Source: Vicugna vicugna
Taxonomy: Eukaryota
Length of the DNA stretch: 64,000 bases
Assembly (NCBI GenBank): GCA_013265495.1
Contig: MU058221.1
Span: 2,542,001-2,606,000 of the forward strand
Direction of reading: 5' to 3'
This document shows, in pieces, positions 35,890-49,515 of this stretch. The notes beneath the pieces are model-generated. The model saw only the letters and a list, made by a program, of their open reading frames with translations, was not told the DNA's origin and made no database searches. Numbering within the stretch: the first letter of the stretch is position 1; each line of letters starts with the position of its first letter. The translations under genes and the position numbers were made by a program.

Positions 35890-38800
35890 CCGATGACCTG
35901 AAGCCTAAAATGAAGAAAAAAAGTGAGTTTGATCATTATCCTTTCTTGTAATGAACTCCAACAGTTGTTTATACCCATTCTGCTGGAACTCATACCGCCC
36001 TTGAGAAGAGAATAAAAGAATAAAAGGAAGTTGATTTCTATCACAGCAACTGGGATTCAGGTTAAAAATGAAACACACACACACGCACACACGCACACAC
36101 ACAAAACCCAGGTGCAAGTGTAGTTGCATTAGATGAAAATGGGGACCACAAGTGATTTATTTCCCCATGTAGATGAGATTAGCTTTTGAACTAGGAAATG
36201 TTTTGCCATCAGGGGAATAGAGCCTAAATGTGGCGCTGGCTACAGCCCGGGGAAGGACTCCATGCCCAGCCGGGGCTCAGCCTGCGGTCCCCTCCTGTGA
36301 CTGGGCTGCAGATGGGAGTGAAGTCCCTCGCTATCATGAGATGAGTCAGCCTACAGCTCACAGCGGCTGCGTTCCCGGGAAAGCAGGGTGTCAGGAGAAG
36401 TTATTAGAGAGGACCGTGTTTGGTACCAGTGCTGCCCAGTTGGTGAATTATGTTTTTCGAGCAATCGGCTTGAATCCCAGAGACTGAAATTGCGCTGCTC
36501 ACTGACTGCCTGGGTGATTTGGCATGAAATTTAATTTGCTTTACCACGCATGGGGGGTAAGCGTCGGGGTATTAATTTCACGTTGGAGAGTTGCTGTTAT
36601 TACTCCGGAAATAACTAAAATATTAGTGTACGAGTTTGCTTTCGTTTTCCTTTTTCAAAACAGGCACGGTGCTCTGGCCAAACTCAGTTCTCTAGTCCAC
36701 TAGTCAGGACAAATTTCTCTTTCCCCTGTGATGATCATTCTTTCCCACCTTGACGTTAGTGTCAATTGAGCACTTACCATGTGCCCGGCACGTAATTGAT
36801 CATCTAATCAACGTCCAGCACAGTCAGCACCCCAGTTTCATAGTTAAGGCAAGTTGATGTCTCCTGACGCTTCCCCCCCAACTTTCCCTGTATTTTTAGG
36901 GACACAAGGGACAGCTCCTCTCTCAGGGCCCCTCGTCTTTTCCTTTCATGTCTGCCTTCTGTGTTACCCTTGATCGGAACCCTGATGCACGATGGATGAG
37001 CCTAGTTGCAAGCGAGAATTTGGGGAATCAAGGGATCTATTTTTAAATTTTACTGTGTAGGGATTCAGCTTTCAAAACATAAGTTGGTCCTCAAAGACAT
37101 GTCACCTTGAAGTTTTTTGTTTGATGGGAATAAGTTAAGGCTGAGCTAAGCCCCAAATTTGCAGGCTGATAACAACAGTGATAAAGTTTTGCCGATAAAT
37201 CGGTGTCTTGGACCCACCTGGAGAGGGAGGACCTAGGAATGAGCACTGTGATGCGCGTAAGGCTAGTGAAATGGAAGGAATGTCAAAAATGTGGAAGCCA
37301 GAGGTCTGCCCTGACCTGCCGAGACGTCTGTAAGTAAAATGCCCACTGTTGGGAGTTTATAGCTCTATGTAAACTAACTCCACCTGGTCACTGCTGCCTA
37401 GCAGGAGCCCCTGATTCACCCAGTGGGTATTTTGTTTGGCAACTCCTGGGCTCTGGAAACCTGAATTAAATTCGAATTGTGCTGGTAGTACGTGTTTAGT
37501 AAAGTGTTCCCACGCCTTCAACAGTAAACATTTCTTCACTGGGGTCTTTCAGGAGATCCTTTCCTAATCACAAGTATTAAGGGATGTTTGCTCCCTCCCC
37601 GCCCCCCCACCAAGGATCCTCTCTTGCTTTACCACTTCGCGTGTTTACTGGATGCCGCCATGATTTACAATTTAATGGGTTATGGAAATATGCCATTTCT
37701 TAAAATGATAGTCAATAAGAACCATAAAGAACCTCAGGAGAACTATGTGCGTCACCTAATTAAGCGGTTTTGAGTTTATTGTAAGACAAATGGATCCTCA
37801 GTTGTCATTACTGCACGGAACACCAGGCAGTGGGGGATTTTTAACTTCTTTGCGCCATGTATGTTCCCCAGCTCTAATTTCCCACAAGTGATAGCAGATT
37901 TAGAGCCTTTTTTTTTAAGGTTCCAACAAAGATGTTCCCACTGCGGGGAAGTAAGTTCATTCTTCTGCTAGGACAGTACACGTATCATTGCTCAAGAAGT
38001 TAAAATCTCCTAAGTGAGTGTTCAGGAGGGTTTACATGTTAGTGTGTCCTGCCCGAAGGAGTTTGGTTAATCTCATTCCACCGGAGCGCTCGGGTCCTGA
38101 AGTCTCCTCATCACGGCCAGCCTCACGCCCCGCCCCCGTCATCCTTGCCACGCCTTCTCCACTTAGATTCTCAAGTCACAGATAAAGACCAAAAGAAGCA
38201 GTCAGGGGGGAGTGGTTTAATTTTTAAGGAGTAAGGAACAAAATTCAGCTATGAAAATCGAGGAGCAGACAAAACAACTCCCCAGCAGATACTACAATTT
38301 TCTGTCTCAGTCGAACCATGCAGTAGTTTGCCATAGATGTAATAAAAGTACAACTGTCTTCTTTTAAATAAAAATATTTAACATCTACTGGTTAGAATCT
38401 TGACTGCGCTCTCCTTTCTGGGATCGCCTCGTCATGTATTGGCGTCCAGGATGCCCAGCCGCGGTGAATACATTTCTTTCTTTTTTTTTTCCTGGTTTTT
38501 TTTTTTTACATTGAATACATTTAAATGAAAATATCTGTAACACAAAGATCATGTGTCCCTTAATAGAAACTCTTTATGTTTTTCATGTCACAGTGAGAAA
38601 AATTCTGAGTAAGTGGTTAGGAGACAGATGCTCCAGGCCCACCTCTGCCTCTAACCCAGTTACCGGATGACCTCAGAACAGGGGTGTCAGCATCATTGCG
38701 AAACAATAGTCGTGCCCCAGCCCCGCCTGGTGCGCTGTTGCCGAGATCCCACGAGATAACCTCACTGAAAGAGCTTTGTAAACTCTAGTGGCTTATGCTT

Positions 38801-39624
38801 TGAAAGTGTGGCATTATTTACTGTCCTGGAGCAGCAAGGTGCTGAATAGTATCTCAGTGGCTTGAATTAATATGGTTTCCAAATGAGCCTAGTTTAGGAA
38901 ATGGCTTGAACGTGAAAGCACTTCATCCCCCAGGCACTGTGCCGGCCCCTCTGTGCTCCAGGAGGCCGCCTGACACGAAGAAAGGGCGGCGGTGGTCGGC
39001 AGGCGGCAGCGGGTACGTGAGAGAAAGGGCTTCCGCTGCGGAGAGCGGCCGCTGGAGCAGCCAGCCTCTCAGCCCTGAGCCGCCGCCTCCTGCTCTTCAC
39101 CTTGGACAAGGGTCCTTCCCTCGTCTTCAGTTTGTGCCTCCCTCGAGGAGTATTTCTACCGAAACACTTCCTTGAAAGAACCAGGAACAAAACGGCCGTG
39201 CCTGGAGGACACAGAGGATCGAATTCCAGAAGGGAAGGTGTATGGAGGGGGGACAGTGGGTGAGGCTGGGAGTCCATCACAGAGAAGGGGAGGACAGAGG
39301 GTATAATTACAGTGCTTGATTTGAAAAGCCTTTTTGTCCAACGTCATCGCGACCAAACCACTCGTCCGCTGCAAACTGCAAAAGGTGCCAACTGAGAAAG
39401 CCCATGTGTCACGCGTCTCCTTGTTCATGACTACAAACACACGGTATCTCGAGTGCCATGGGGATTTCTAGGAACAGACGTTTAAGGGGGCAAAGCCACA
39501 CAAAACACAGAGGCACCAGTGTTGTGAGGGCTGTGAAAGTAGATGGGTTGAGGAGTCTTTGGGGGGATTTTTAAAAAGAAGTCTTAAGGAGGATAGAATT
39601 TCTGTCATGCAAGTATTTGAACTT

Positions 39625-39759
39625 GGCGGGGAAGGGACAGTGCAGTGGTAGAGTGTGTGCCTAGAACGCACAAGGTCCTGGGTCCAGTCCCCAGTGCCTC
39701 CATTAAATAAATACATAAATAAACCTGATTAGCTATAGCTCCCCACTCCCCCCAAAAGC
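39625..39759 (+). mobile_element. tRNA-Ala-derived SINE (Vic-1 type)
   Basis: cagtggtagagtgtgtgcctagaacgcacaaggtcctgggtccagtccccagtgcctcca; TSD CAAGTATKTGAACT. Confidence 0.92.
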
Positions 39760-42700
39760 CAAGTATGTGAACTCATGCCCTGGGCGTGCATAGAGTCTCA
39801 TGGAAATGTATCTGCGAGGCGGCGTGTGGAAGGTCTCTTCTGGTAAACAGCTGTCCTGTGGAAGCGGTGAGGTGCGGGTCAATGTCTCACACTCAGGCAC
39901 TGATGCTCCTTGTGCAGGGCCACACCCTAGGCGGTGAGAGCCTGGACGGCACCCGACACCCACGGGAGGGCTTCAGTTCTTCGCAAGAGGACGAACTACT
40001 AGGGCTGAGAGCCGGGGCTCGCTGCCCTGGATGGGAAGGTGGGCACAGAGGCCCAGAGGTTTCTTTCAGCTCTGAACCTAGGTCTGCCACCCTGGGCCTC
40101 ACGGATATTAACGTGTTGACCCCTCTGTCCACGTGGTCAGTGTGCTCAGCTCAAAAAAAATTGACTTTCTAGACTTCCTGGCTGCTAGGGGTTGCCTCAT
40201 GGCATACGTCTGGCTGACAAGATGTAAGCAGACACCTTCTGGGAGAGAGTTTTTTTTTTTTTTTTTTTTTTTTAAACATGCTCTTTTTGCTCTTCCCTTG
40301 TCCTCTTCTTGCCTGGAATATGGACGCAGTGGCTGGAGGTTCGGCAGCTCCTTTGTGATGGTGAGGATTAGAGCTACGTTCTGAGGATTATGGAGACTTT
40401 GATTTCCCTCAGCTGCTCTATTACCCCTGAACAACTTCTTGCTAAGTGAGAAGTATAAACCTCAGACTTTCTATGCCACTCTTTGGTGGATTTCCACCGC
40501 ATGCTGCTAGACGTAGCCCTGACGAATATTCTAGCCATCGTCCTGCCCTGGTCACTCAAGTTTCAGCAACTGAACATCCTGAGTTGTCATCAGCAAAGAT
40601 GCTCCTTTACGTATGGTGATGGACTTCCTTCATTTTTTCACATTGAACACTTTTTTCCTTTCTTTTTTGAACTCCATATGATTTTTTAAAGATTTGTTTT
40701 CAGGGAACATTAAAGTGACAGTTCTAATTAGGCTGAACAATTGGTACTGTCGTGAAGTTAAAATACATGACATCCAAAAAAGTGACTGTTTGCTTTCCAC
40801 GGTCTGTAATACTGGGTAAATAGTACAGACACATTGTTCACCTTTTTTTTCCCCCCAAATGATTCCATTTCTTAGTCTCCATCCATTTCATTCTTCAAAA
40901 TAATCACTGTCCTCCACCGGCACCCTCTTTAGCCTTCGTAACTCTCTCATGTCAATTATGTAACAGTTTGGCCCTTTTCGGCTTTTGTTTCACTTGCGTA
41001 CTTTTTTTTTTTTTCTGTGCAAAGCATCCTGCGGAGCAATAAGATAGGGAACATGCCTGCTGAGCCTGATTTTCTTCTCCAAAATAGCTTCGGCCGCTGG
41101 GTAGTGATAACATGAGCTGGCTCGCTGCAGAAGCCGAAAGCCAGCCAGGTAAGCGGGTTTAGCCTCACGCTGGTGCAGAGGTGCCTTTGCACAGGGAAGG
41201 GGGCAGCAGACGTGGTGGAGACGTCCCCGTACCGGAGTCGGTGGCCAGGGCCTCCAGGCTGCTGATTCCGCCTGCTACTCCTGCAGGTGGCGTGGTCCTG
41301 GGTCAGTCTTTCAGCCCCTCTGGACCTCATTTACAAATGGAGCCATCTCCGAGATTTCTTCCGGCTCAAACATCTTGAGATACTCTGGTCTGATAAACAT
41401 TTTCCATGCACCAGTGATGGGCCAGGCATCGTCCTGGTGATGGAGACCCAGCGGGGGACAATGCAGAGAGACAAAGGCACCAAGGTTTAGGAGTCCAGAG
41501 AATGGCAGAGAACAGAAGGGAGACCGTCATGAGGGGAAAGAATGAGAAAGGGAGGTGGGGGGTGGAGGCGGGAAATGGAAGCAGTAAGTAACATCAGCCC
41601 AGATCCCAGGTGGTCAGTGACGCCTCCTTGGACCGCGGCACTCATCACTGCTCTCACCTTCCAGGGACTCAAGATTGCTGTTGGCGTCATTTCCAGCTCT
41701 GTAATCAGTCACCTGTATTCGGAAGTCTCTTCTGAGCATTTTTCTTGTCTTCTCCATCAGGCTGAGAACTCTTAGCGATCAGATATTTCTGAAGTAATAA
41801 AGAAACCCAGCAAGGGCTTTGGGGCTCCTCAAAAGGCTCGAAGGCATGGCAAGAAGTGATGAAGTATTTATGGAATGAGCTGAGATCACGGGAAGGTGGG
41901 AGTGGTGTAAGCCAGCCGGGAATGCTCATTTCAGACTGGCTGACCAACCACAGACAGGCACCACCCAGAATCACCCATAACCCCCGCGAGTGCAAACCCT
42001 GTCGAAATGAAAGGTCACTTGACGGTCATCTTAAAGGACAGTGTTTTTCATTTATTTAATCCATGGTATGCAGTTATCTCCAGGGATCATTGAAGGTTAA
42101 CCTTAAAGTTGCCTTGCAAGGAAGCATTTGGAGTAATTCATTTTTGGCAGGAAAGAAAGAAAAAGAGCAAGAAAGGAGGAGCAAGGGGATGAAAGAAAGT
42201 GGCGTGGTGCCCTGTAGGTAGGTTTCAACCATCTCACAGTCTGTCTGTATTTGGCATTTTCTGTTCCGATTGCCCCCTCTCCTTGCAGGTCCTCTGAGGG
42301 CAAGAAGTCTTACTAATCTCTTAGCCTCTCACCGTAGCTGTCCTCAACTTGGGCACAAAGGAGATGCCTCCAAAACCAGGACTGACTTGAGGGATGGATG
42401 GAGACAATGCCTCTTTCTTCCTCCCCAACTCCACCTGGCACCAGAAGATGTAGTGGCAGAAGAGAGAAAAAAGGAGAATCTCATGTTCTTATTTCTTGAT
42501 GTTTACATCCTGAAGACAGAAGGCCCAGTGGGATCCTTCTAACCTAGTCCTCCCGTTTTGCACTCAAGCACTGAGAATGGAAGGCAGGGCTTCGGGTGGA
42601 TTCCTGGCTCCAGGCCTTGGACAGATTCATGTTAGGTTCCTACAGATCATGCCAGCAAACGCTTACCTGTGCAGGTCGTGGACTGCCACCACCTGACCCA

Positions 42701-42859
42701 GGACTCTGCTGGGAGAAGCCATCTCTGGTGCTGATCTTCTGTTGGTCCGTGGTGGTGCAGGGGACTCTTAGGACACGGGAGGGCAGAAGTGGAACTTACC
42801 TTCATGCATGACACCTGTAGATGGATGAAAAGAGACTGGGCTGCTTGACTCCTCATCGT

Positions 42860-43080
42860 CAGGGATACAGGCTCTGGGAGGGCCCGTCGTGTTTATTCCT
42901 TAGCTGTATGGACGGAGGACACAGCCCTAACCTTTCTGTGCCTCAGCTTTGTCACCCATGAAATGCAGACACAGTGGTACCTGTTTCACAGAGGGGAGAT
43001 GAGGAGGAATTCAGTTACAGCTTACAAAGCGCCTAGGACACGTGCAGCATACAGTAAACATTGAATGAATGTTAACCATT
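42860..43080 (+). mobile_element. MIR fragment
   Basis: taacctttctgtgcctcagctttgtcacccatgaaatg...acagtaaacattgaatgaatgttaaccatt. Confidence 0.7.
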
Positions 43081-43144
43081 GCGTGCTATTTTCAAACGCT
43101 CTCTTTGACACATAATAGGGACTCAAAAGAGATTTTTTATAGCA

Positions 43145-43291
43145 CTTTTTTGGGGTTGTTGTTTGGGGGTGGGGGCCAGAGAGGTAATTAGGTTGGTTGG
43201 TTTGTTTGTTTTAATGGAGGTACTGGGGACTGAACCCAGGACTTCCTGCACACTAAGTAGGCGCTCTACCACCGAGCTATAGCCTTCCCCC
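43145..43291 (-). mobile_element. tRNA-Ala-derived SINE (Vic-1 type)
   Basis: gaggtaattaggtt...ggaggtactggggactgaacccaggac...cgctctaccaccgagctata. Confidence 0.92.
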
Positions 43292-43679
43292 AATAGGTGT
43301 TCAAAATATTTTTGTTAAATGAATGTATGCATGAGGATTTCATCGACAGTCCTTACTTTTTTGTTGCTCTTCTGATCCCTTGAAGCAGTTTTGGAAACGT
43401 ACGTGTTTCCTTGTATCTCTCTAAGTAGCCGTCCACCGTGTTTACGCTAAGGCTAATCAGTTAGCACAGAGGATGCGGCTCCCGGGTTCTGTGGACGTTG
43501 ACGCTGTAAAGTAAACTCCCGCCATTGCTCTTTAAATCCATCTAATGAAACCACAACGTCACCATCCCACCCACGGAAGACATGGCATTTTCACCTGTTG
43601 GATCATTTTTTTTCCTCTTTGGACTGGGGTTCCTGTTCTGTCCTGTCAGAAATTGCTGCTGTAATAACTTATTTTTAGG

Positions 43680-44150
43680 CTTGAAATTTTTAACTGATTT
43701 TTTTTAACCCCCAATTATTCTAGGGCCCACTTACTGAACAGAACTTTTTGTACTGAGTTGCTTCGATACTGTTACTAAAGATAAAGTGACCCCATGTGTG
43801 CAGGTCCCTTTCTGCCTGCTACGTGGTTCTGCCGACGTTTCCATCTGTATTTACGCAACACCACACAATCATAATTATTATAGTTTAACGGTAAGTTTTG
43901 AAGTCGTATGGAGTAAATGTTTCAACTTTATTCTTTAAAATAACCTTGGCTCTTCTATCCTTTTGTCTTGGCATGTAAGCCTACAATCAGATGATCAGTT
44001 TCTACCAAAACGACAACCACCAACTGCCGTGATTTTGATTGGGATTGCGTTCAATCTATAGGCAAACTTTGGGAGAACTGATATCTTAGTAACATTGAAT
44101 TTTCTTGTGTATTAGTAGTATGTGTCTCTCCAAGTTTTGTAGTGTCTTTT
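43680..44150 (-). mobile_element. Old L1M fragment
   Basis: accacacaatcataattattatagttt...gattttgattgggattgcgttcaatctatag...tttgggagaactgatatctt. Confidence 0.75.
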
Positions 44151-44151
44151 A

Positions 44152-44184
<33 letters not shown>

Positions 44185-44260
44185 TACAAATGCATGTATA
44201 TATGTGTGTGTGTGTATATATATTCTTTCTTTTTTAAATACAACAGATGCTATCTTTAAA

Positions 44261-44378
44261 TTTTATTATTTGTTTATTGGGGAGGTAATTAAGTTTACTT
44301 ATTTATTTTTAGAGGAGGCACTGGGGATCACACCCAGGACCTTGTGCACGCCAAGCATGTGCCCTACCACTTGAGCTA
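44261..44378 (-). mobile_element. tRNA-Ala-derived SINE (Vic-1 type)
   Basis: gggaggtaattaagttt...ggaggcactggggatcacacccaggaccttgtgcacgccaagcatg...ctaccacttgagcta. Confidence 0.9.
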
Positions 44379-45548
44379 GTTTTTAAAGTAGTGGACTGAA
44401 TGTTTTATTCCTAGGTACATATGTGATCTTTTTGAAGCTACTGGGGGAGGTAGCAGAACAAAGTATTTAAATTGCTCCTTTTTTTTCCTGGTGAACCATA
44501 AGGCTGTATGCTAAAAAGAATATTCTGGTTTGTGCTTTGATTACAACAGTTATTAGCACATAATTTATCAAAACAACAAATACTAGGACTTTTGATGAAT
44601 AATTATGAAACAAAATATATTTTGTTATTATAGAGTAATGGTAACCATTATGATTTACGATTGTTTGAGTAAAATAACTGTCCCTTATCTTAGCACACTA
44701 GAAATTTTTACACCTCAGAATAATAGACTTTAGTAATGTGCAAAAAGGCTGAGAAATGTGCCTTTCTTACGTAACATGGGAGAATGGTAAGAGGGAAAAT
44801 GAAAGAGAAGGAGAACTTCCACCATGGGCGTGTCTCAAACAGCCCAGGTTAGGTAAGAATATAGGTGAGAACACATATGGTTAGACCGAGTTAGGTAAGA
44901 ATAATGTATGGGGTCCGAGGATCTGGAAAGTGCTCAGCTTTACATATTTTTAGAGGTATGTATTCTTGTCCCTGCTTGAAAACCTCCTCATCTAGGACAG
45001 ACGTGCAAATGAATAAAAGTGCTGGTATTTGCAAAAGTTGCACTTTAAAAAATGAAGCGTTCACCTGTAACAACGGCGTCCTGGCTTATTTGCTTCCTTG
45101 TGTGATTTCTCGCATCGTCGGGGTGGATGCAGAAGCCCCCGTCTGCCTGTGCAGGTCACTGATTTGAATGTGCTGCTAGCACGCATCATTCCATTCAGAC
45201 TCGCCATTGATGAGTTAGCATTCATTATGCATTACTGAATTTATTGTAATGATTTTTTTCTATAGTGGACTTGCCAAAACTTGACTGTGCCCTGAGAGCG
45301 GATGGTACATGTGAGTCATGTGAGTCAGGCCCTCCCCTTCCGTGCCTGGCTGGCCTTCAGTGCATGGGAGTCCTTTGTTTTGTACCCCATAAGGACCTAT
45401 GCAATGCTAATTTGTGTAGGCCCCTAACTGGTTTTCTAGCAGATAGGAGATCTGCCTGAAGAAGGAATGAGTGTTTATTAACCAAAATGGGGCAAATATT
45501 CAGGCCTTCCCAATAACTCACAAGAATATCTGAGTCCCTATGAAGAAA

Positions 45549-45922
45549 TTTTTTTTTAATTGAAATATAGTTGATTTACAATGTTGTGTTAGTTTCCTAT
45601 GTACAGACAGTGATTCAGTTATATATACACACCTACATATATATGTAGATATACATTTCTTTACATGTTCTCTTCTATTCTAGGCTATTACAAAATCTTG
45701 ATTATAGTTCCCTGTGCTATACAGGAGGACCTTGTTGTTTATGTATTTTATTTACAATAGTTTGTATCTGCTGATCCCAGACTCCTAATTTATCCCATCC
45801 CCAACCCTTTCCCCTTTGGTAACCATAAGTTTGTGTTCTATGTCTCTGAGTCTGTTTCTGTTTTGTAAGTGGGTTCATTTGTGTCATAGTTTAGATCCCA
45901 CATGTAGGTGATATCATATGAT
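45549..45922 (-). mobile_element. L1 3' terminal fragment
   Basis: tttttaattgaaatatagttgatttacaatgttgtgttagttt...tttcccctttggtaaccataagtttg...cacatgtaggtgatatcatatgata. Confidence 0.93.
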
Positions 45923-46403
45923 AACAAATGCATTTCTTAATAGTAACAAGTGGTTTGAAAACACAGTAGCAAGAATCGTCTTTCCACTTGTCTCTCACGG
46001 GGCCTCTGCATTATCCTGAATCTTCGTGTGGGTTCTCAAGGGGCTGAATATGGTCTCACTCGGTTTTGAATAATATGGACTTACAAGTGGAGTAGATCTT
46101 GTTCCAGAGAGCAGAGTTGATCCTGAGGAAAATGCTTAAAGCAAATGCTCCTAAGGCAAAGGCAATTTCCGACAAGGCATATCCTTATTCATAAGACCAC
46201 ACATTAATAGTTCGACTTCTATTCAGTTGACACAATCGTGCCAGTTCCCAAAGAAAGACATTTTCAAAGTCTGGATGTAACGTGGGCCCAGGCGGAGGGA
46301 TACACAGGACGAATGGCTTTGATGTTCAAGGTGGGGGTGGGGGCAGCAGATGGATGCAGGCCTGGCCTGAATCCTGACTCTGTTATTTATCATACGTGTC
46401 ACC

Positions 46404-47098
46404 TGTTGGGGAAATGAAATATAACTAAACCCAAAATCTCCTCCCAACTCAGAAACCTCTCCCCAAAGGTAGAAGGGAAAGAAAATAGTTTTGCTGTTGA
46501 ATAAGCATTAAACAGGAATGTGCTATCCCAGGCCAGGGGCTAAGAGTGCAGAGACGGGAGGCAGTCTCACCCTCTGGCAGCCAGGCCGATAACCACCCAC
46601 CCCACACGTGCTCTCAGGATGAACAGTTCTAGTGCTCAAGTAAGGGAGCCCTTTGTCACACGCGGTCCGTCCTGGACCTGCCTGGTGACAGCACGCGGTC
46701 CGTCCTGGACCGGCCTGGTGCCTGGGATGACTATCTGAGTTAGCTCACTGGCTTTATCCAAAGGGAAAATAAACCCACATCTTTAGGACATGATAGTTTA
46801 GCAGCTTCGAAGGAGGACCTGGCAGAAGTTGGGTCCCTGCCCCAGCACAGAAACTGTGTCTCCCTTGATGACGGCAATACAGAGACACAGTGCCTGGGTC
46901 CTTGAGAAGGACACTGGAATTGTAAAGCTGGCTCATTTAGCTTTTGAAAAGATTTGTATACGTTTCAAAGAGGCAGAAGAAGAATTACAAGGTTTTTAAA
47001 GTAAATGCTCTAAGAAAAAGGTAGGGGTACGGGAGAGAGTCATCCCTTAGTTTGTCAGAGGAAGATTTTTTTTCCCTTTTTAAAATTGTATTCACCTT
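46404..47098 (-). mobile_element. Ancient ERV1-class solo LTR with an internal 33-bp duplication (46659-46720)
   Basis: aaaggtagaagggaaagaaaatagtttt...gaataagcattaaac...ggctttatccaaagg...gtccttgagaagg...aaagtaaatgctctaagaaaa resembles old eutherian LTRs; exact family not assigned. Confidence 0.7.
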
Positions 47099-49515
47099 GA
47101 CGCCCTTCAGGAAGTCACTCAGTTTCCCTGAAGCGCTGGTTCTGCGCCTGGAAGGAGGGAGTAATAACACCAGTAACATTTCTCTCTCTTCACGAAGGGC
47201 TTAAACAAACCAGCTGGGCACAACTTGCTGTTTTTAAATGATGAAATTAGTAGAAAGTCCATGTCTTTCCTGGTATTAGATTTACATGCAAGCAGTTACT
47301 CTAATATTTAATGGGGACTTACAGATTTTCAAGAGTTTCTTTCAGGCCAAGAATTCTTTTAAAACAAACATTTGTCAGCTCCACATTTATGTGTTGGATT
47401 TGAGCATTTAATCTCTCTCATTGCATCTTACCCATACACCAGTTTTTATAAATTTTGTCCACCAGTTTTCTTGTTATCAGTGTGTTCAAGGCCGTTTTAT
47501 GGTTAAAAATAAACGTCCCAGTGAATTCAAAGCTAGTTTAACCTCTGTTAAGTTAATCATCCAGATAACACGTCTATTTTTAAGGAAATACATTTTAAAA
47601 ATACAGATTATCTAAACTATTATGTTGTTTTTAAAATGCTGCAAGAGACACCATTTCAATACAAAAATCAATTTAAGTACAAGTGAGGTTTAGCTATGAT
47701 GAAAAATAAGCAAAGAAATATCATTTTCTGGTAAGTGCTTTCAAAAAAACATTAAAAAAAAACCCACTGGTACCATTACTTGAGTCCTGAGTTAACTTCA
47801 GTTTGACATATCTGACATTTCATGGGCTGAAATATGAACAGAGCAAAAATGGCTAAGAATAGCTCCATGATAATGCTAAGAATTAAACTGAATAGTCAAG
47901 GAGTCGCAAGCATGCCACTGCGGGTGCTCTCAAGTGAAGCCAGGCGAGGGGACCGCTCCGTCGACTGAAACCCAGCACTGAACTGGGACTTTGTTCTTCT
48001 AACACCACACTCCCCACCTGGTTATTAAATCATCGGCGTGTCCGAAATGATCTAAACAGTATGTCAGATCTGCCTTACCCTCTCCCACTCATGTGAGGGG
48101 TTCCGTACCAAAAACTGGGTCCTGCCGCATTTTTATGATGCTGCAGGCAAGTGGGTCGGGGTACACACCCATAAATGATGTGGCTGGCATGGGTTCTGGA
48201 AATTACAATGCAAGTTAGAAGTTATTCCGAACGGAATGAAATATTTAAAAAACCCTGTTATAAATCTTAGCCAGGAAATAAATTTTCATGAGACCCGTGA
48301 TTAACCCAGTAACAAAATGGAATTTATACCAACCATTCATTAATCCCGCTTCCCTTCTCCTAACACCATTAATTAAGCGTCTGCTCAATTCCCGTCCCTG
48401 TGCTGCTCTCCAGTCGCTTACCCAATTACGGCTAATTTTCTTGCCTCCGACGGGAGCGGTAATAGCCACTAACAGTGGTTGAAACGTGGTTTCCAGCGCT
48501 TGCTGCGGTGTGTCATCCTTAAATACTCCGCCACACGTTTTCTGGTTCTGTTTTTCAAAATCGAGTTTGTTGGGGGAGGACTGGGTTGAACGCAGTTAAG
48601 TGGGTGGTTCCCTTCCTTTCAGGTCCTCGGAGAGAGACCCTTATCTGATTTGCATTGTACCAGAGGAAGCTGGCTGAAAATAACCGTTCTCCTTGTCTTG
48701 ACTCTGGGAGAGAAGGCTTTTTCAAATAATGATGGCGTGTCTTATAAACTGCGTCTGCCTGATCACTTCGAGTTCAACACGAAGGGTCAGTTTGATTTGT
48801 TGATTAAAGTTGCTGGGACTGGACCCGCCTCGTTTCTTTCTCTCTGTAAAAATGGAGATCGTGAAGTCTGCAAACGTTAAATGTAGTACATGTTTTTGCC
48901 TTGATTCAGTTATTCCTGAAAATATGGGAGTTCATTTCATGCTTATATTGGAAAATTAAGTTGTGCGTGGACTTCTACATTATTTGGGAGGAAAGAAACA
49001 GATATTCTGTTATCAGATTGACCCTCATTTGTCAGTGGCTCCTAATGATTTAGTTGAAAAAGTATCTTCTCCAGGATAGTCGTCGCCACGTCCTACCCTC
49101 ACCCCCAACACAACTGATGCTCTGTAAGTAAACACCGAGCTCACTATTTAAAATCAGCCCACAGAGAATCCTTCTGTGAAGCAGATAATCCTTTTATAAT
49201 CATCTCTGCTTCGTCTGCACAGATTTTAGTCTGCCAGCCTTTTCTCAAAGCAGAAAGTGTTTTATCTTTTCCCATCAAGTGAAAGAGCCTCTTGAAGTAA
49301 AGTCGGGCTCAGGGAGCAAGAGCAGGCAAGAGCTGGGGTTTTCGGTCAGTGACGGGGTTAGGCATCATTGGACTTCAAGGCATCGGCTTGAACATGCACC
49401 CACGTACCGTCATCCCAAATCGTTTGTGACTTCTAGCCTCTTTATAGCATGACTTCTTCCCTCTTATCTGCATACACGGCCTTTTGTCTCTTCGATTTCC
49501 CCTATAATTGGACAC

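Noticed and set aside
8948..44378. Multiple tRNA-like sequences as true tRNA genes
   Set aside because: They have A-rich tails, a shared AACCTAATTA tail motif and TSDs, so they are SINEs. Only the 8953 copy is flagged for its intact fold.
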